Positions 39,237 through 48,748 of a DNA stretch of 64,000 bases are shown here, one piece after another. Position 1 is the stretch's first letter. Every line of letters begins with the position of its first letter. The stretch is from assembly GCA_017995075.1 (NCBI GenBank), contig JAGOJO010000001.1, positions 14,668 to 78,667 on the forward strand, read 5' to 3'. The notes beneath the pieces are model-generated. The model did no database searches and had not been told where the DNA came from. It was given only the letters and a program-made list of their open reading frames with translations. The stretch is from Bacteroidia bacterium (GTDB taxonomy: Bacteria; Bacteroidota; Bacteroidia; AKYH767-A; OLB10). Made by a program: the position numbers and the translations under genes.

Positions 39237-39669
39237 TATAATTATTCAAACCTTCATTCAGCACTCTGTCAAGATACAGATTAAAAGTGCGGGAATAATC
39301 GAAGCCTGAATGAACTGCAGCTGTATCAATAGCCGACCAGTTGCATAAATCGAGGTTATACAGGAAAGTCTCCTCTATTTGATACATCTGTTTAAGAATA
39401 GAAATATTTCCTGCCATCTTTTCCCACTCACCTGAATGAACCATTTCAATCAACAGAACAGGATGATATCCCTTTTCCTTATCATAAATAATAATATCGG
39501 GTTGTTCAGAATTCAGGTCAGCCAAATCGAGGTACCCTTCCTGCACTACCTCAAAACGATTTCTGTTCACCTTTTTAGAAAGATGATAAAGTAAAACCGA
39601 TGCAATAAACTTCTTTCTACCGGTTTCCGGATCTTGCCAGTTTCGAAGTAATACGGCCATATTTCTCAA
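39229..39669 (-). CDS. hypothetical protein, possibly Uma2/DUF820-like restriction-endonuclease-fold
   Basis: EQPDIIIYD...VLLIEMVHSGE...ETFLYNLD resembles the PD...E motifs and the 'EYWivD' tail of Uma2-family proteins. Weak call. Confidence 0.3.
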   Translation of the reverse strand: MRNMAVLLRNWQDPETGRKKFIASVLLYHLSKKVNRNRFEVVQEGYLDLADLNSEQPDIIIYDKEKGYHPVLLIEMVHSGEWEKMAGNISILKQMYQIEETFLYNLDLCNWSAIDTAAVHSGFDYSRTFNLYLDRVLNEGLNNYRK

Positions 39670-39950
39670 TTTTTCTCAAAGTTAATTTCCGCCAATTGCC
39701 AAGGTGTTAACTTTTTAATCCTTAATGATTTTTTAACACACTTTAATCTTTTGCTTTAATAAGATTTACGTAAACACTTGATTATATGAATATTATGCTA
39801 AAATATACACCCTACTCTACAGAAAAACACTAAAATATCCAGTATGTCTTTCAACAAACAAAAGTTAAAAAGATTGGGTGAAAATACAATAATTGTAGGT
39901 GAATTTATGTTTATCTTTGACAAACGAAAATCTGACAATCCCTTATACCC

Positions 39951-40814
39951 ATGAAAAAACTCCTCATATTAATTGGATTCACTGTCTTCATCGCAAGCTG
40001 TGGACCAGACTACAAAGCTGAAGTAGAGCGCATGATGAAAGAGCGCGATAGTTTAATGGCACAGTACGATGCCAAGGACTCCGTGATCAACGGCTACATG
40101 CAAGATATCAGCGAAATTCAAACAAGTATTGAAACGCTTACACAGCAGGAAGAAATGCTGAACCGTGAAGGTGCTACAAATCCGGAGACTTCTCCTGATG
40201 CGAAAGCAAAAATCATGGGAGATATCGAAGCGCTTCGCCAGTTAATCGACCAGAACAAAAAGAAACTGGGAGAATTACAAGCACGCGTTCGTAAATCAAA
40301 CGTGAAAGTTGCTGAGTTGGAGAAAATGATCGCCAGCCTCAACACACAGTTAGCACAGCGTGATTCAAGCATCTCTTCTTTAAATGAAAACATTCTTGCA
40401 TTAAATGGTACCATCACCAATATGCAAGGTCAGATGGATACCATTAAAATGGATGTTGCTCAGAAAACTGCTGAAATCAGTGACAAAACTACCCGTCTGC
40501 ACACTGCGTACTACACTGTAGGTACATACAAAACGCTCCGTGACAAGAAGGTATTATCTAAACAAGGTGGTTTCCTCGGTCTTGGTAAAGCTAAAACAAT
40601 GGTTCCTGACTTCAACCAGGAAGCATTTACCCGTATTGACCTTACGTCAACTAAAACAATTGAGTTGAATACAAAGGCTGCGAAACTGGTAAGTACACAC
40701 CCAAGCGGTACTTATACTCTTCGTAAAGAAAACGAGAAAATTACTGCAATCGAAATTACTGATCCTGATAAATTCTGGCAGGCTTCAAAATACTTAGTTG
40801 TAGTTACTGAGTAA
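39951..40814 (+). CDS. coiled-coil lipoprotein of unknown function
   Basis: Lipobox FIASCGPD. A heptad-rich central region of about 170 aa. Confidence 0.5.
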   Translation: MKKLLILIGFTVFIASCGPDYKAEVERMMKERDSLMAQYDAKDSVINGYMQDISEIQTSIETLTQQEEMLNREGATNPETSPDAKAKIMGDIEALRQLIDQNKKKLGELQARVRKSNVKVAELEKMIASLNTQLAQRDSSISSLNENILALNGTITNMQGQMDTIKMDVAQKTAEISDKTTRLHTAYYTVGTYKTLRDKKVLSKQGGFLGLGKAKTMVPDFNQEAFTRIDLTSTKTIELNTKAAKLVSTHPSGTYTLRKENEKITAIEITDPDKFWQASKYLVVVTE

Positions 40815-40834
40815 TATATTATTGATTAGATAAA

Positions 40835-40870
40835 AGGCTGTTTCCTCTGGAGACAGCCTTTTTTTATTTC
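40835..40870 (+). terminator. rho-independent terminator
   Basis: AAGGCTGTttcctctggagACAGCCTT followed by TTTTTTATTT. Confidence 0.7.
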
Positions 40871-40940
40871 ATATGGAAACCGTGGAAAAATATTGGACCA
40901 ATTCCGGATAGGGAAACATCTCTTTTATATCTTCACATCA

Positions 40941-41489
40941 ATGAGATCAATTTATTACTTCTTCTTTATCCGTTTAGGTGGGTGGAAAATTCAAGGGGAT
41001 GTACCCAGAGATTTGAAAAAATACATCATTGCCGTTGCTCCTCATTCCAGCAACTGGGATTTTCCCATAGGCCTGGCTGTTAGAAGTATCAAACGTTTTA
41101 AGTCCAACTTCCTCGGTAAAAAGGAATTATTTAAAGCTCCCTTCGGTTGGTTGTTTAGAAAACTGGGTGGATATCCCGTTGACCGTAGTCATAAAACAAA
41201 TCTGGTTGATCAGGTAGTGGATATTATCAAAAACAACGAACACTTTGTTATAGCAATTGCACCTGAAGGCACCCGTAAAAAAGTGGATAAATGGAAAAGC
41301 GGGTTTTATCATATTGCACATAAGGCCGGAATTCCCATCGTATTTGCCAGCTTCGACTATCCCACAAAAACTGTAGAGTTCAGATCACCCTTTTACCCTA
41401 CCGGCGACCTGGAAAAGGATGCGAAAGTTATTATGGAATTCTTTGAAGGGAAAAGAGGAAAGAACAGAAAAGTTTGTCCGGTTATATAA
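40941..41489 (+). CDS. lysophospholipid (1-acyl-sn-glycerol-3-phosphate) acyltransferase, PlsC family (probable start MRSIYYFFF)
   Basis: HxxxxD acyltransferase motif as APHSSNWD, and a later APEGTR motif. Confidence 0.65.
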   Translation: MRSIYYFFFIRLGGWKIQGDVPRDLKKYIIAVAPHSSNWDFPIGLAVRSIKRFKSNFLGKKELFKAPFGWLFRKLGGYPVDRSHKTNLVDQVVDIIKNNEHFVIAIAPEGTRKKVDKWKSGFYHIAHKAGIPIVFASFDYPTKTVEFRSPFYPTGDLEKDAKVIMEFFEGKRGKNRKVCPVI

Positions 41490-41635
41490 TCACAATTTTC
41501 ATTTTGATTATCAAATAATTAGAAAATATTACCTCCTGCGTTAAAACAATATAGGATAACAATCGTTTTTAATAGTAATACTATCAAGGTAGTATTCAAT
41601 AAAAACACAGGTAGGTTAGGTTTTTAGGTAGAAGC

Positions 41636-41667
41636 AGGCCTCTCGATCGGGAGGCCTCTTCATTTTA
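41636..41667 (+). terminator. hairpin AGGCCTC-tcgatcgg-GAGGCCT plus T-rich tail; probable terminator
   Basis: Seen directly in the sequence. Located between the 3' ends of the convergent plsC-like and purC genes. Confidence 0.4.
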
Positions 41668-41673
41668 CCCCAA

Positions 41674-42657
41674 TCAGATTCCTGCCATCAACGGCTGCAA
41701 TGCCTTTATAAGATTATCTTCAATTCGTTGCAAGCTGTTTTCTGAAGAAGCCCGTTCAAAATTCTTTCCGGTAATTTTTTGATACAGCTCAATATACCGG
41801 TCACTAACTTCCTTCACAAATTCATCCGGGAAAACAGGAATTTCCTGTCCTTCCAGACCCTGGAAATTATTAGCGATCAACCATTGTCTTAAAAACTCCT
41901 TGCTTAACTGCCTCTGGGGTTCACCGCTTTTTTGACGCTCCTCATATCCGTCTGCATAAAAATAACGGGAAGAATCCGGCGTATGAATTTCATCGATGAT
42001 ATAAATTTTATCATTTGAACGACCAAATTCATACTTGGTATCCACCAGAATCAAGCCTTTATCAGCAGCCATTTTACTACCTCTTGCATATAAAGCGCGG
42101 GTATAATTTTCAATCTGCACATATTCATCTTCCGGAACGATTCCCTGACTAATTATCTCTTCGCGGGAAATATCCAGATCATGTCCATGGTCACTCTTGG
42201 TTGTTGGAGTCAGAATTGGCTCCGGAAACGGATCATTCTCATTTAAACCATCCGGCATACTAACACCACAAATTATGCGTTTACCACTACTGTATTCACG
42301 CCAGGCATGGCCACTCAGGTAACCACGAATTACCATCTCCACTTTATATGGCTTGCAAAGCACTCCGATGGTTGCATTTGCATCCGGAACACTGATCACC
42401 CAATTTGGACAAATATCGCGTGTTGCCTCCAGAAAATATGCCGCCAACTGATTCAAAACCTGACCTTTATATGGAATCGGTCGAGGCATAATAAAATCAA
42501 AGGCAGAAACTCGATCGCTCACTACCATCACCATTAATCGATTATCAATGATGTACACATCCCTCACTTTTCCATGGTAAACGGAAGTAATTGATGGCAA
42601 TTTAAATTGAGTACGGGTGATGCATTGTTCATCACTGATGAGCGGTTCCATATTCAT
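41674..42657 (-). CDS. purC: phosphoribosylaminoimidazole-succinocarboxamide synthase (SAICAR synthetase), long form
   Basis: HGKVRDVY...VSDRVSAFD and the overall SAICAR synthetase layout. 327 aa. Confidence 0.9.
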   Translation of the reverse strand: MNMEPLISDEQCITRTQFKLPSITSVYHGKVRDVYIIDNRLMVMVVSDRVSAFDFIMPRPIPYKGQVLNQLAAYFLEATRDICPNWVISVPDANATIGVLCKPYKVEMVIRGYLSGHAWREYSSGKRIICGVSMPDGLNENDPFPEPILTPTTKSDHGHDLDISREEIISQGIVPEDEYVQIENYTRALYARGSKMAADKGLILVDTKYEFGRSNDKIYIIDEIHTPDSSRYFYADGYEERQKSGEPQRQLSKEFLRQWLIANNFQGLEGQEIPVFPDEFVKEVSDRYIELYQKITGKNFERASSENSLQRIEDNLIKALQPLMAGI

Positions 42658-42743
42658 CTATAGGTTTAATGCAAAATTAACTTTTAACTCATTGTGGAGG
42701 CTATTCTGAACATTATTAAATATACACTGTTTAGTTTTGGACC

Positions 42744-43646
42744 GTGTATAAAATCGCCTACTCCCCCATTTATGTCCTTCCTTTGCCTGCCGGACATCGC
42801 TTTCCTATGGCGAAATACGAACTGATTCCGGAACAATTGCTGTATGAAGGAACTATTGAGTCCTCCCAACTCTTTACGCCACGGGCAGTAGAAAATTCTA
42901 TTGCAGAATTAGTTCACACCAAATCCTACATTGAAAAACTAAATACACTTCAATTAACAGAGAAGGAAATCAGAAGAAGCGGTTTTCCTCTAACCCGAAC
43001 CCTGATAGAACGCGAATTCATTATTTGTGGCGGAACCTGTGAAGGAGCTGTAGCTGCTTTGAAAGATGGAATTGCCTTCAATATTGCTGGCGGCACACAC
43101 CATGCATATGTAGACAAGGCGGAAGGGTTCTGTTTATTGAATGACCAGGCGGTTGCTGCAGCTTATCTGCTGAAGAACAAACAGGCTAAACGAATACTGA
43201 TTGTCGATTTAGATGTGCATCAGGGAAATGGAACTGCCAGTATTTTTAACAATACCCCGGAAGTTTTCACTTTCAGCATGCATGCAGGTCATAATTTCCC
43301 ACTACAAAAGGAGCGTTCTGATCTTGACATCTCACTTCCTGATGGTTGCACAGATGAATTTTATCTTGACACTCTTCGTGACACCCTTCCCTATCTGCTT
43401 ACTACTCACCAACCGGACTTTATTTTCTATCAGTCAGGAACGGATATTTTGCAAACAGATAAACTTGGTCGTTTGCAGATCAGCAGAAATGGATGCAAGG
43501 AACGTGATCAGCAGGTATTAGAGATGGCTAATCGAAACGAAATCCCCTTGATGGTGACCATGGGTGGTGGATACTCGCCAAAGATCAGTGACATTGTAGA
43601 AGCCCATTGCAATACATTTCGGATAGCCGCAACGTTATACAGCTGA
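42744..43646 (+). CDS. histone deacetylase / acetoin-utilization (AcuC-like) family deacetylase
   Basis: AGGTHHA...DLDVHQGNG zinc/active-site motifs of the HDAC fold. Confidence 0.75.
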   Translation: MYKIAYSPIYVLPLPAGHRFPMAKYELIPEQLLYEGTIESSQLFTPRAVENSIAELVHTKSYIEKLNTLQLTEKEIRRSGFPLTRTLIEREFIICGGTCEGAVAALKDGIAFNIAGGTHHAYVDKAEGFCLLNDQAVAAAYLLKNKQAKRILIVDLDVHQGNGTASIFNNTPEVFTFSMHAGHNFPLQKERSDLDISLPDGCTDEFYLDTLRDTLPYLLTTHQPDFIFYQSGTDILQTDKLGRLQISRNGCKERDQQVLEMANRNEIPLMVTMGGGYSPKISDIVEAHCNTFRIAATLYS

Positions 43647-44696
43647 ACTGCCTGAAGGAATATCTCCCGGTCCAGGCTTCCGTTCTTCATCCTGACGTCG
43701 TTGTGCTGCTTTCTCTTTCTCAGCGGTAACTCTATCGTATGCAAAAATGATATCACGAACCAAACGGTGACGCACTACATCTGTAGCATCGAGATGTACA
43801 AAACCAATTCCATCAATATTCTTCAGAATACGTGTTGCCTGAATTAAACCTGATGGCTGGTTACGCGGTAAATCGACCTGGGAAGTATCACCTGTGACTA
43901 TCATTTTTGCACTTGGTCCCATCCGGGTAAGGAACATCTTCAGCTGGCTCTCTGTCGCATTTTGCGCTTCATCCAGAATCACATAGGCATGATCAAGTGT
44001 ACGTCCACGCATGAACGCCAAAGGAGCTACTTCAATGACACCGTTCTCGATGAATGTACGAAGTTTTTCGCCCGGAATCATATCGAACAAAGCATCATAT
44101 AACGGCCGCAGATACGGATCAATTTTCTCCTTCAGATCACCCGGAAGAAAGCCCAGATTCTCGCCTGCCTCAACAGCCGGACGTGTCAATATAATACGAC
44201 GGATCTCTTTATTTTTCAATGCCCGTACAGCTAATGCTACCGCCGTATAAGTTTTTCCGGTTCCAGCAGGTCCAATGGCAAAAACGATATCATTCTTATC
44301 GCAAGTTTCTACCAGTTTACGCTGATTGGGAGTCCTGGCGCGCACCAATAATCCTCCCGGACCAAACACCAGCACATCCTTACCATCTACCGGTCCACCC
44401 TGTGCAATACCTGAGTTCTTTGCAACAGAGGCTTCTCTGGCAGCTTCCCCATTCAGCAGATACTCTACTTCAGTTGGCGTCAGGATTCCGTGTTCACGGT
44501 AATGACTTAATAACTTATTTATTTTTTCTCCAGCCTGTAACAAAAGCGGATCAGGACCTATTAATTTCAATTCGTTGTTACGTCCGACAACTTTTAACTC
44601 CGGAAAATTCCTTCTGATCACATCCAGGTTCGCATCGTTCACTCCAAAAAAATCAACGACATTTGCGAAATCAATGGTAATTACTATTTCTTTCAA
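43635..44696 (-). CDS. phoH: PhoH family ATPase (with N-terminal KH-like domain)
   Basis: Walker A FAIGPAGTGKTYTAVALAV and the conserved PhoH C-terminal region. Confidence 0.85.
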   Translation of the reverse strand: MKEIVITIDFANVVDFFGVNDANLDVIRRNFPELKVVGRNNELKLIGPDPLLLQAGEKINKLLSHYREHGILTPTEVEYLLNGEAAREASVAKNSGIAQGGPVDGKDVLVFGPGGLLVRARTPNQRKLVETCDKNDIVFAIGPAGTGKTYTAVALAVRALKNKEIRRIILTRPAVEAGENLGFLPGDLKEKIDPYLRPLYDALFDMIPGEKLRTFIENGVIEVAPLAFMRGRTLDHAYVILDEAQNATESQLKMFLTRMGPSAKMIVTGDTSQVDLPRNQPSGLIQATRILKNIDGIGFVHLDATDVVRHRLVRDIIFAYDRVTAEKEKAAQRRQDEERKPGPGDIPSGSSAV

Positions 44697-44766
44697 CTGC
44701 TATTTTTGTTTTTCTTTCAGGAAGTAAAGATAAGCAGAGTTCTCTTCATTCCTGCATGACTATCTG

Positions 44767-45315
44767 ATGAAAAAAAATCTCCCCAACAAACAAAATTCAC
44801 AAGGCAAGAAAACTGCCTTTGACAATATGCTGGAACGGCTATCCTCAAAACAGTTAAAAAAGGATATTAAAGCTGCAGCGAAGAGTGTTGGTGAAGAAGG
44901 AGATATCTTTTTAAAACTATCTCTTCATCCAACCATCGAAATAGCTGCAAGGGCATCCTGGGCATATCGTGACTGGGCCATCCTTTATCCGGAAAAGAGC
45001 AGGAAACTTAGTCCGAAGGTTATTCAGACACTCCATAAAACCACCAAAGGAAGTGTAATCAGGAATTTACTGGGAGCATTTCTGGATCAAGGATTCCCCA
45101 AGTCCGTCTATGTCCGTTTATTAGAGGTTTGCATGTACCATTTTACCAGAAACGGTTATGCCATCGCCGTTTATGCCAATATCCTGGGGATCTTTGCGGA
45201 CATAGCAAAAGTTCATCCGGAGATAAAACAAGAGGTTCTTCTGTTAGCCGAACGCCACCCTATGAACGATCAATCAGGTTTTATCGTTCGGTTACGAGCC
45301 GTCGCAACCGCCTGA
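44767..45315 (+). CDS. hypothetical protein (alpha-helical, possibly HEAT/alkylation-repair-like fold)
   Basis: 182 aa with no signal peptide. Only weak resemblance to any family. Confidence 0.35.
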   Translation: MKKNLPNKQNSQGKKTAFDNMLERLSSKQLKKDIKAAAKSVGEEGDIFLKLSLHPTIEIAARASWAYRDWAILYPEKSRKLSPKVIQTLHKTTKGSVIRNLLGAFLDQGFPKSVYVRLLEVCMYHFTRNGYAIAVYANILGIFADIAKVHPEIKQEVLLLAERHPMNDQSGFIVRLRAVATA

Positions 45316-45354
45316 AATAATTAGAAGCCCAACTTTAACGTTAGCTCACAGGAT

Positions 45355-45957
45355 TTGGCTATTTTTGAAACGGTGAGTACAGAACAGGAAATGACCAGGC
45401 TTTCTGACGAGGAGTTGGTTCGTATGTATAAGGATACAGACGACAACAACTGTGTTGGTCATTTATACAAACGTTACACCCACCTTGTATTCGGAGTTTG
45501 CATGAAATACCTCAAGGATGAGGATGAAAGCAAAGATGCTGTGATGCAGATTTTCGAGAAACTACTCATCGAACTCAAGCGGCATGAAATCGGCTTCTTT
45601 AAAGGCTGGCTTCATAGCGTAACCAAGTTTCATTGCCTCATGCTCTTACGGGCCGGAAAAAAAGAAATCCACGGACTTGATCCGGCGATTATGGAAATTC
45701 AGGGCTCTATGCATCCTAGCAGTGCTCCGGTAGAAGAAGTTCTTGAAAAAGAGCGAAAACTTCAACTACTGGAAGAAGCAATTGCCGAACTGGACGAAGC
45801 CCAACAACGATGTATCCGCCTCTTCTACCTGGAAGAGAAAAGTTATCAGGAAGTAGCTGAAATCTCTGGGTATAACATGAACCAGGTAAAGAGTTATATC
45901 CAGAACGGGAAAAGGAATTTAAAAATACTAATGACCAAACATGAACACGAGCAGTAA
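45355..45957 (+). CDS. RNA polymerase ECF-type sigma-70 factor
   Basis: Region 2 (LYKRYTHLVFGVCMKY) and region 4 HTH (SYQEVAEISGYNMNQVKSYIQNGKRNL). Confidence 0.8.
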   Translation: MAIFETVSTEQEMTRLSDEELVRMYKDTDDNNCVGHLYKRYTHLVFGVCMKYLKDEDESKDAVMQIFEKLLIELKRHEIGFFKGWLHSVTKFHCLMLLRAGKKEIHGLDPAIMEIQGSMHPSSAPVEEVLEKERKLQLLEEAIAELDEAQQRCIRLFYLEEKSYQEVAEISGYNMNQVKSYIQNGKRNLKILMTKHEHEQ

Positions 45958-47098
45958 TCAGCATCAACCGGCAGGATCTTGTATCCAACCGGAAGAATTC
46001 ACTGCCTATCTATCCGGGCAGATGGATTCCAGTGCGCGTCATCGTATTGAGATGCACTTGCTGGACTGTGATTTTTGCAATGATGCCATGGATGGTTTCC
46101 TCGAAATGGAATCACCCTCAGGACTTACTGCTATAAATGAAGAATTGAAGGCGGAAGTTGATTTAAACATAGCTTCAACCGCCGGCGAAGATTTCACAAA
46201 GGAAGCTACTGTTCGTGTATTATTCCCATGGAGAATGGCCGCTGCAGTAGCACTCATAGCTGTTAGTACAATCACACTTTACCTCGTGATTCCCCGACAA
46301 AGTAATCAGGAGTTATTTACACAGGAATACAAGCCCTACCCTGCTGCGCCCGAACCTTCTATCTCTGCAAACGAACCAATACTTCCGGAAAATGAACAGT
46401 TAACCAATGGTCAGGAGAAAAACAGCATAAATGAAGAAATTCAAAAAAGTGATGTAAAAGTAGTAGTAGCTACCGATGCGCAAAGTCTCGCAGAAGCTGC
46501 CAAAACTCCTGAATCCGTACAAAACAAATACACTTTTGCTTCCGACGAAGTTTCTAACCTCAATGAATCAGATTCAGAGAAAGATAATTCCTCAGGCGGA
46601 ACAGCCGAAGAAGTCATGTCAGACGCTTCGTTAGCAAAAGCAGAAAAGGAAGTAAGCGCCGCTGTAGCTGCACCTGCATCAGAGAGCATACAACTTTCAG
46701 AAACAAAAAGCACAGCCGTTCGCTCCAAGGCTTCTTCCAAAAAGAAAGCAGAAGACTCAGGATTGGAGAATACTTTTAACCAAGGATTGAATTATTACAA
46801 AAAAGAGGATTACAAAACAGCCTTAACCCTGTTCGAGAAGTCAATTCAACATCCGGAAGCATCATTTTACGCAGGATCCTGCATGTTGAGTCTGGAAAAT
46901 CCACACAAAGCAATCGGTTACTTTGACAACTATATTGCCGGAGGAAACCCGAAATTCAGGGAAGCAGCCTGGTGGTACAAAGGCCTGGCTTATTTGAAAA
47001 CAGACGATAAGAAAAAAGCCAAATCCGCTCTGGAACAAGTAATTACTTTTAAAGGAGAATTTGAACAACAGGCCCGGGAACTGTTAAGAAAATTATAA
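45941..47098 (+). CDS. anti-sigma factor: N-terminal zinc-finger (HxxxCxxC), single TM, low-complexity linker, C-terminal TPR domain
   Basis: HLLDCDFC motif, TM WRMAAAVALIAVSTITLYLVI, Ser/Ala/Glu-rich linker, TPR-like YYKKEDYKTALTLFEKS...AWWYKGLAYLK. Overlaps the sigma gene by 17 nt. Confidence 0.6.
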   Translation: MNTSSNQHQPAGSCIQPEEFTAYLSGQMDSSARHRIEMHLLDCDFCNDAMDGFLEMESPSGLTAINEELKAEVDLNIASTAGEDFTKEATVRVLFPWRMAAAVALIAVSTITLYLVIPRQSNQELFTQEYKPYPAAPEPSISANEPILPENEQLTNGQEKNSINEEIQKSDVKVVVATDAQSLAEAAKTPESVQNKYTFASDEVSNLNESDSEKDNSSGGTAEEVMSDASLAKAEKEVSAAVAAPASESIQLSETKSTAVRSKASSKKKAEDSGLENTFNQGLNYYKKEDYKTALTLFEKSIQHPEASFYAGSCMLSLENPHKAIGYFDNYIAGGNPKFREAAWWYKGLAYLKTDDKKKAKSALEQVITFKGEFEQQARELLRKL

Positions 47099-47134
47099 TT
47101 CAGGTATTCCTACACAACGTACCTTTGTTACATT

Positions 47135-47758
47135 ATGATGCGATGGATCCTGCCGGTACTAATTTGTATTCCGGCCCTGCTAAAGGCACAATCTACCCCA
47201 ACCTCTGCCGAAACGAATCTGAAATCTTTCAGTGATGGCGTATATTTTTCCTTTGAGCAATTGAATGCGACAAAACCCGGACTCCAACCGGCGCAACTAA
47301 GTCCGCAAGGAGAGAAAACCGTACGGTTACGTCAATGGTTCAAGACCGATAGTTTATACTACTACTACTCCGGAAATAAATTTTCCCTTCCCTATGACTC
47401 TATTTATGCATTGGTGGAGGACGGACATATCTACATGCAGAAACGTGGATACATCCATAAAATAAACATCATGGGCAGTTTATGCTACTACACTGAAAGT
47501 TATCCCGTAAGCAAAACACCGGCACCGGTCACGATTGATCTTGCCAAGGATGTACTTCCCCGTATTCTCGATTTCAAAACCGGAGAAATTCTGGACTACA
47601 CCACTTCCGTAATGGAAGAATTGCTGAAAGAGCGTGATGAAGTATTATACACAGAATACATGACTCTGGAAACAGCAAAACTCAGACGACAGTTGTTGCT
47701 CCGTTATGTAGAGAAATACAACGATCGACATCCGCTTACTGAAAAAGGGCCCTTGTGA
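47135..47758 (+). CDS. hypothetical secreted protein
   Basis: Signal peptide MMRWILPVLICIPALLKAQ. Its stop overlaps the GTG start of the next gene. Confidence 0.45.
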   Translation: MMRWILPVLICIPALLKAQSTPTSAETNLKSFSDGVYFSFEQLNATKPGLQPAQLSPQGEKTVRLRQWFKTDSLYYYYSGNKFSLPYDSIYALVEDGHIYMQKRGYIHKINIMGSLCYYTESYPVSKTPAPVTIDLAKDVLPRILDFKTGEILDYTTSVMEELLKERDEVLYTEYMTLETAKLRRQLLLRYVEKYNDRHPLTEKGPL

Positions 47759-48747
47759 AAGTATTAATCATACAGACCGCTTTTATCGGCGACGTTATTC
47801 TCGCCACTCCTGTGATCAGTGAACTCCACCGATGTCAGCCGGGTTTTACGATTGATGTATTGGTACGAAAAGGAAACGAATCTTTACTAGAAAATTTTTC
47901 CGGAATCCGCAGCGTTTTAGTTTGGGATAAACGTAATTCAAAAACAAAGCAATTACTATCCATTCTTTTCAAAATTCGAAAAGAAAAATACGACATCGTT
48001 ATCAACCTGCAGCGATTTGCATCAACAGGACTACTCACAGCTCTCAGTTCAGCCAAAACAAGAATTGGATTTGATAAAAACCCGTTTGCCTTTGCATTTT
48101 CCAAGGCGATACCACACGAGATCGGAGAAGACAACTACCGACACGAAACACAGCGCAATCTGGAGCTTGTTGCAGATTATGGCGTAAACCTCAGTGCCAA
48201 ACCGGTTCTATTTCCATCAGTGTCAGATTTCGAAAAAATAAAACCGTATACCAACCAACAGTACTTTTGCATAGCCCCCACATCTGTATGGCATACTAAG
48301 CAAGTTCCTGCAGCAAACTGGACTGCCTTTATTCTACAGTTACACGCCCGATATCCTCAATCGACCATTTATTTACTTGGAGGTCCGGGAGATAATACAG
48401 CATGCGATGAAATTCTACAATCCTCATTAGGAGCCAAAGTAGTCAATCTTGCAGGAGCTTTAAGTTTTCTCCAGACAGCAGCACTCATGAAAACCGCTGC
48501 CATGAACTTTGTCAACGATTCAGCACCTTTACATATCTGTTCATCGATGGACGCACCGGTCACTGCATTTTTCTGCAGTACAGTTCCTGCATTTGGATTC
48601 GGCCCACTATCAACCCAACAAACGATAATTGAAGTAAAAGGGCTTAGCTGCCGTCCCTGCGGATTACATGGATATAAATCCTGCCCACAAGGACATTTCA
48701 AATGCGCCCATGAACTTGACATGACCTCCGCCATTCCTGATTGCTAA
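47755..48747 (+). CDS. glycosyltransferase family 9 (ADP-heptose:LPS heptosyltransferase-like) with Cys-rich C-terminal tail
   Basis: MKVLIIQTAFIGDVILATPVI... GT9 N-terminus, LLGGPGD...ALMKTAAMNFVNDSAPLH C-terminal GT-B motifs. The tail is CRPCGLHGYKSCPQGHFKCAH. Confidence 0.75.
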   Translation: MKVLIIQTAFIGDVILATPVISELHRCQPGFTIDVLVRKGNESLLENFSGIRSVLVWDKRNSKTKQLLSILFKIRKEKYDIVINLQRFASTGLLTALSSAKTRIGFDKNPFAFAFSKAIPHEIGEDNYRHETQRNLELVADYGVNLSAKPVLFPSVSDFEKIKPYTNQQYFCIAPTSVWHTKQVPAANWTAFILQLHARYPQSTIYLLGGPGDNTACDEILQSSLGAKVVNLAGALSFLQTAALMKTAAMNFVNDSAPLHICSSMDAPVTAFFCSTVPAFGFGPLSTQQTIIEVKGLSCRPCGLHGYKSCPQGHFKCAHELDMTSAIPDC

Positions 48748-48748
48748 G

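Noticed and set aside
42684-42869. 61-aa minus-strand ORF between purC and the HDAC-family gene
   Set aside because: It overlaps the well-supported HDAC-family start region on the opposite strand. The sequence is basic and low-complexity, with no motif.
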